A DNA stretch of 26,397 nucleotides. Source: Candidatus Latescibacterota bacterium. Lineage in GTDB: Bacteria; Latescibacterota; UBA2968. Under the pieces are notes generated by a model, which was given only the letters and a program-made list of their open reading frames with translations, ran no database searches and was not told the DNA's origin. A program made the position numbers and the translations under genes. This document shows, in pieces, positions 25,522-26,397 of the stretch. Position 1 is the first letter of the stretch, and every line of letters begins with the position of its first letter. The stretch is taken from NCBI GenBank assembly GCA_038279365.1, contig JAYODI010000080.1, positions 1-26,397 of the forward strand, given 5' to 3'.

Positions 25522-26397
25522 ATGAAACCACTATCCACTGTTGTTGTTAAACCCGCATTACCCGAAGCCCTCGTTAATTTAGAATGGTTGGCTTACAACT
25601 TAAGGTGGTGCTGGGATCCTGACACCATTGAAGTTTTCCGCCGCATCGACCGAGAACGTTGGGAATCGGTTTACCACAACCCCGTGCGCTTGTTAGGTGA
25701 AACCTCACAACAAAGATTCGAACAACTCGCAGACGATCCTGGTTTTATTGCCCACCTCAAACGTGCCACCACGTCTTTAAAAACATTTTTAGAAAGCGAA
25801 ACATGGTTTGGCCGTACGCACAAACAAGAAGTCGAAAACATGCGTGTGGCCTACTTTTCGGCAGAATTTGGCCTATCTGAAAGTTTGCCTATCTATTCTG
25901 GTGGGTTGGGCATTTTGGCTGGCGACCATATTAAGTCGGCCAATACATTGGGCCTGCCATTTGTTGGTGTTGGCCTCTTATATCAAAATGGCTATTTCAG
26001 CCAATACCTTAACAACGACGGCTGGCAACAAGAGGACTACAAAGAAAACGACTACTATACCATGCCCGTACAACGCGTACAAGATGCCCAGGGCAATGAC
26101 ATCACCATCACCGTATCCTACCCAGATGGGGAGGCAAAAGTACGCATCTGGCAAGTTCATGTCGGGCGCATTTCTCTCTATTTGCTCGATACAAACCTGC
26201 ATGAAAACCCGCTCCCCATTCGTCAAATTACCAGCCAACTCTATGGCGGCGACGACGAAATGCGCTTACGCCAAGAAATTCTCTTAGGCATTGGTGGGTT
26301 GCGCGCACTCGATGCACTCAACCAACGCCCAACAGTATGCCATATGAACGAAGGACACTCGGCATTTTTGGCCATCGAGCGTATCCGTCTGGCCATG
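25522..26397 (+). CDS. glgP: Alpha-glucan (glycogen/maltodextrin) phosphorylase, 5' part, runs off the window
   Basis: Hand translation from ATG 25522: MKPLSTVVVKPALPEAL..LAYNLRWCW...HNPVRLL...VAYFSAEFGLSESLPIYSGGLGILAGDHIKSA...GLLYQNGYF...LYLLDT...LYGGD..MRLRQEILLGIGG...HMNEGHSAFL. No stop seen before the window end, which explains its absence from the ORF track. Confidence 0.96.
   Translation, partial: MKPLSTVVVKPALPEALVNLEWLAYNLRWCWDPDTIEVFRRIDRERWESVYHNPVRLLGETSQQRFEQLADDPGFIAHLKRATTSLKTFLESETWFGRTHKQEVENMRVAYFSAEFGLSESLPIYSGGLGILAGDHIKSANTLGLPFVGVGLLYQNGYFSQYLNNDGWQQEDYKENDYYTMPVQRVQDAQGNDITITVSYPDGEAKVRIWQVHVGRISLYLLDTNLHENPLPIRQITSQLYGGDDEMRLRQEILLGIGGLRALDALNQRPTVCHMNEGHSAFLAIERIRLAM

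Noticed and set aside
25808..26287. 159-aa + ORF and 86-aa - ORF at the right end
   Set aside because: Alternative-frame shadows of glgP, which begins at 25522 and runs off the window.
1..26397. CRISPR array, defence system, prophage, transposase, tRNA or rRNA
   Set aside because: No regularly spaced repeats, nuclease/integrase/RT motifs or structural RNA gene signatures seen by eye.

Overview
Gene-dense bacterial chromosomal segment from a diderm heterotroph. It carries a TonB-dependent receptor, a sulfatase and a DUF6785-like membrane protein, a content that suggests Latescibacterota or a similar marine lineage (inference). I find 24 CDSs and no rRNA, tRNA, CRISPR array, transposase or phage gene. 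In order: a structured non-coding repeat-like element (1-198); a + strand sulfatase / 2x SDR / TIM-barrel isomerase cluster; a - strand lipoprotein + TonB-dependent receptor pair; a divergent COG3964-type amidohydrolase; a tightly coupled - strand operon (Wzx-type flippase, SDR, 3-hydroxyacyl-CoA dehydrogenase-family protein, two-subunit CoA-transferase, thiolase, Gfo/Idh/MocA oxidoreductase); a second - strand run (VOC/glyoxalase, GNAT, nitrilase-family hydrolase, NAD-dependent epimerase, PEGA+FGE-like protein, stand-alone receiver, DUF6785-like protein); a sigma-region-4-only HTH protein; a CNNM/CBS protein; and the 5' part of glgP, which the ORF track misses. The best candidates for something undescribed are the CoA-dependent catabolic operon lacking hydratase and acyl-CoA dehydrogenase, and the multi-hairpin element at the left edge that reverses the window's strong strand skew. 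Family assignments rest on motif recognition only; no searches were run.
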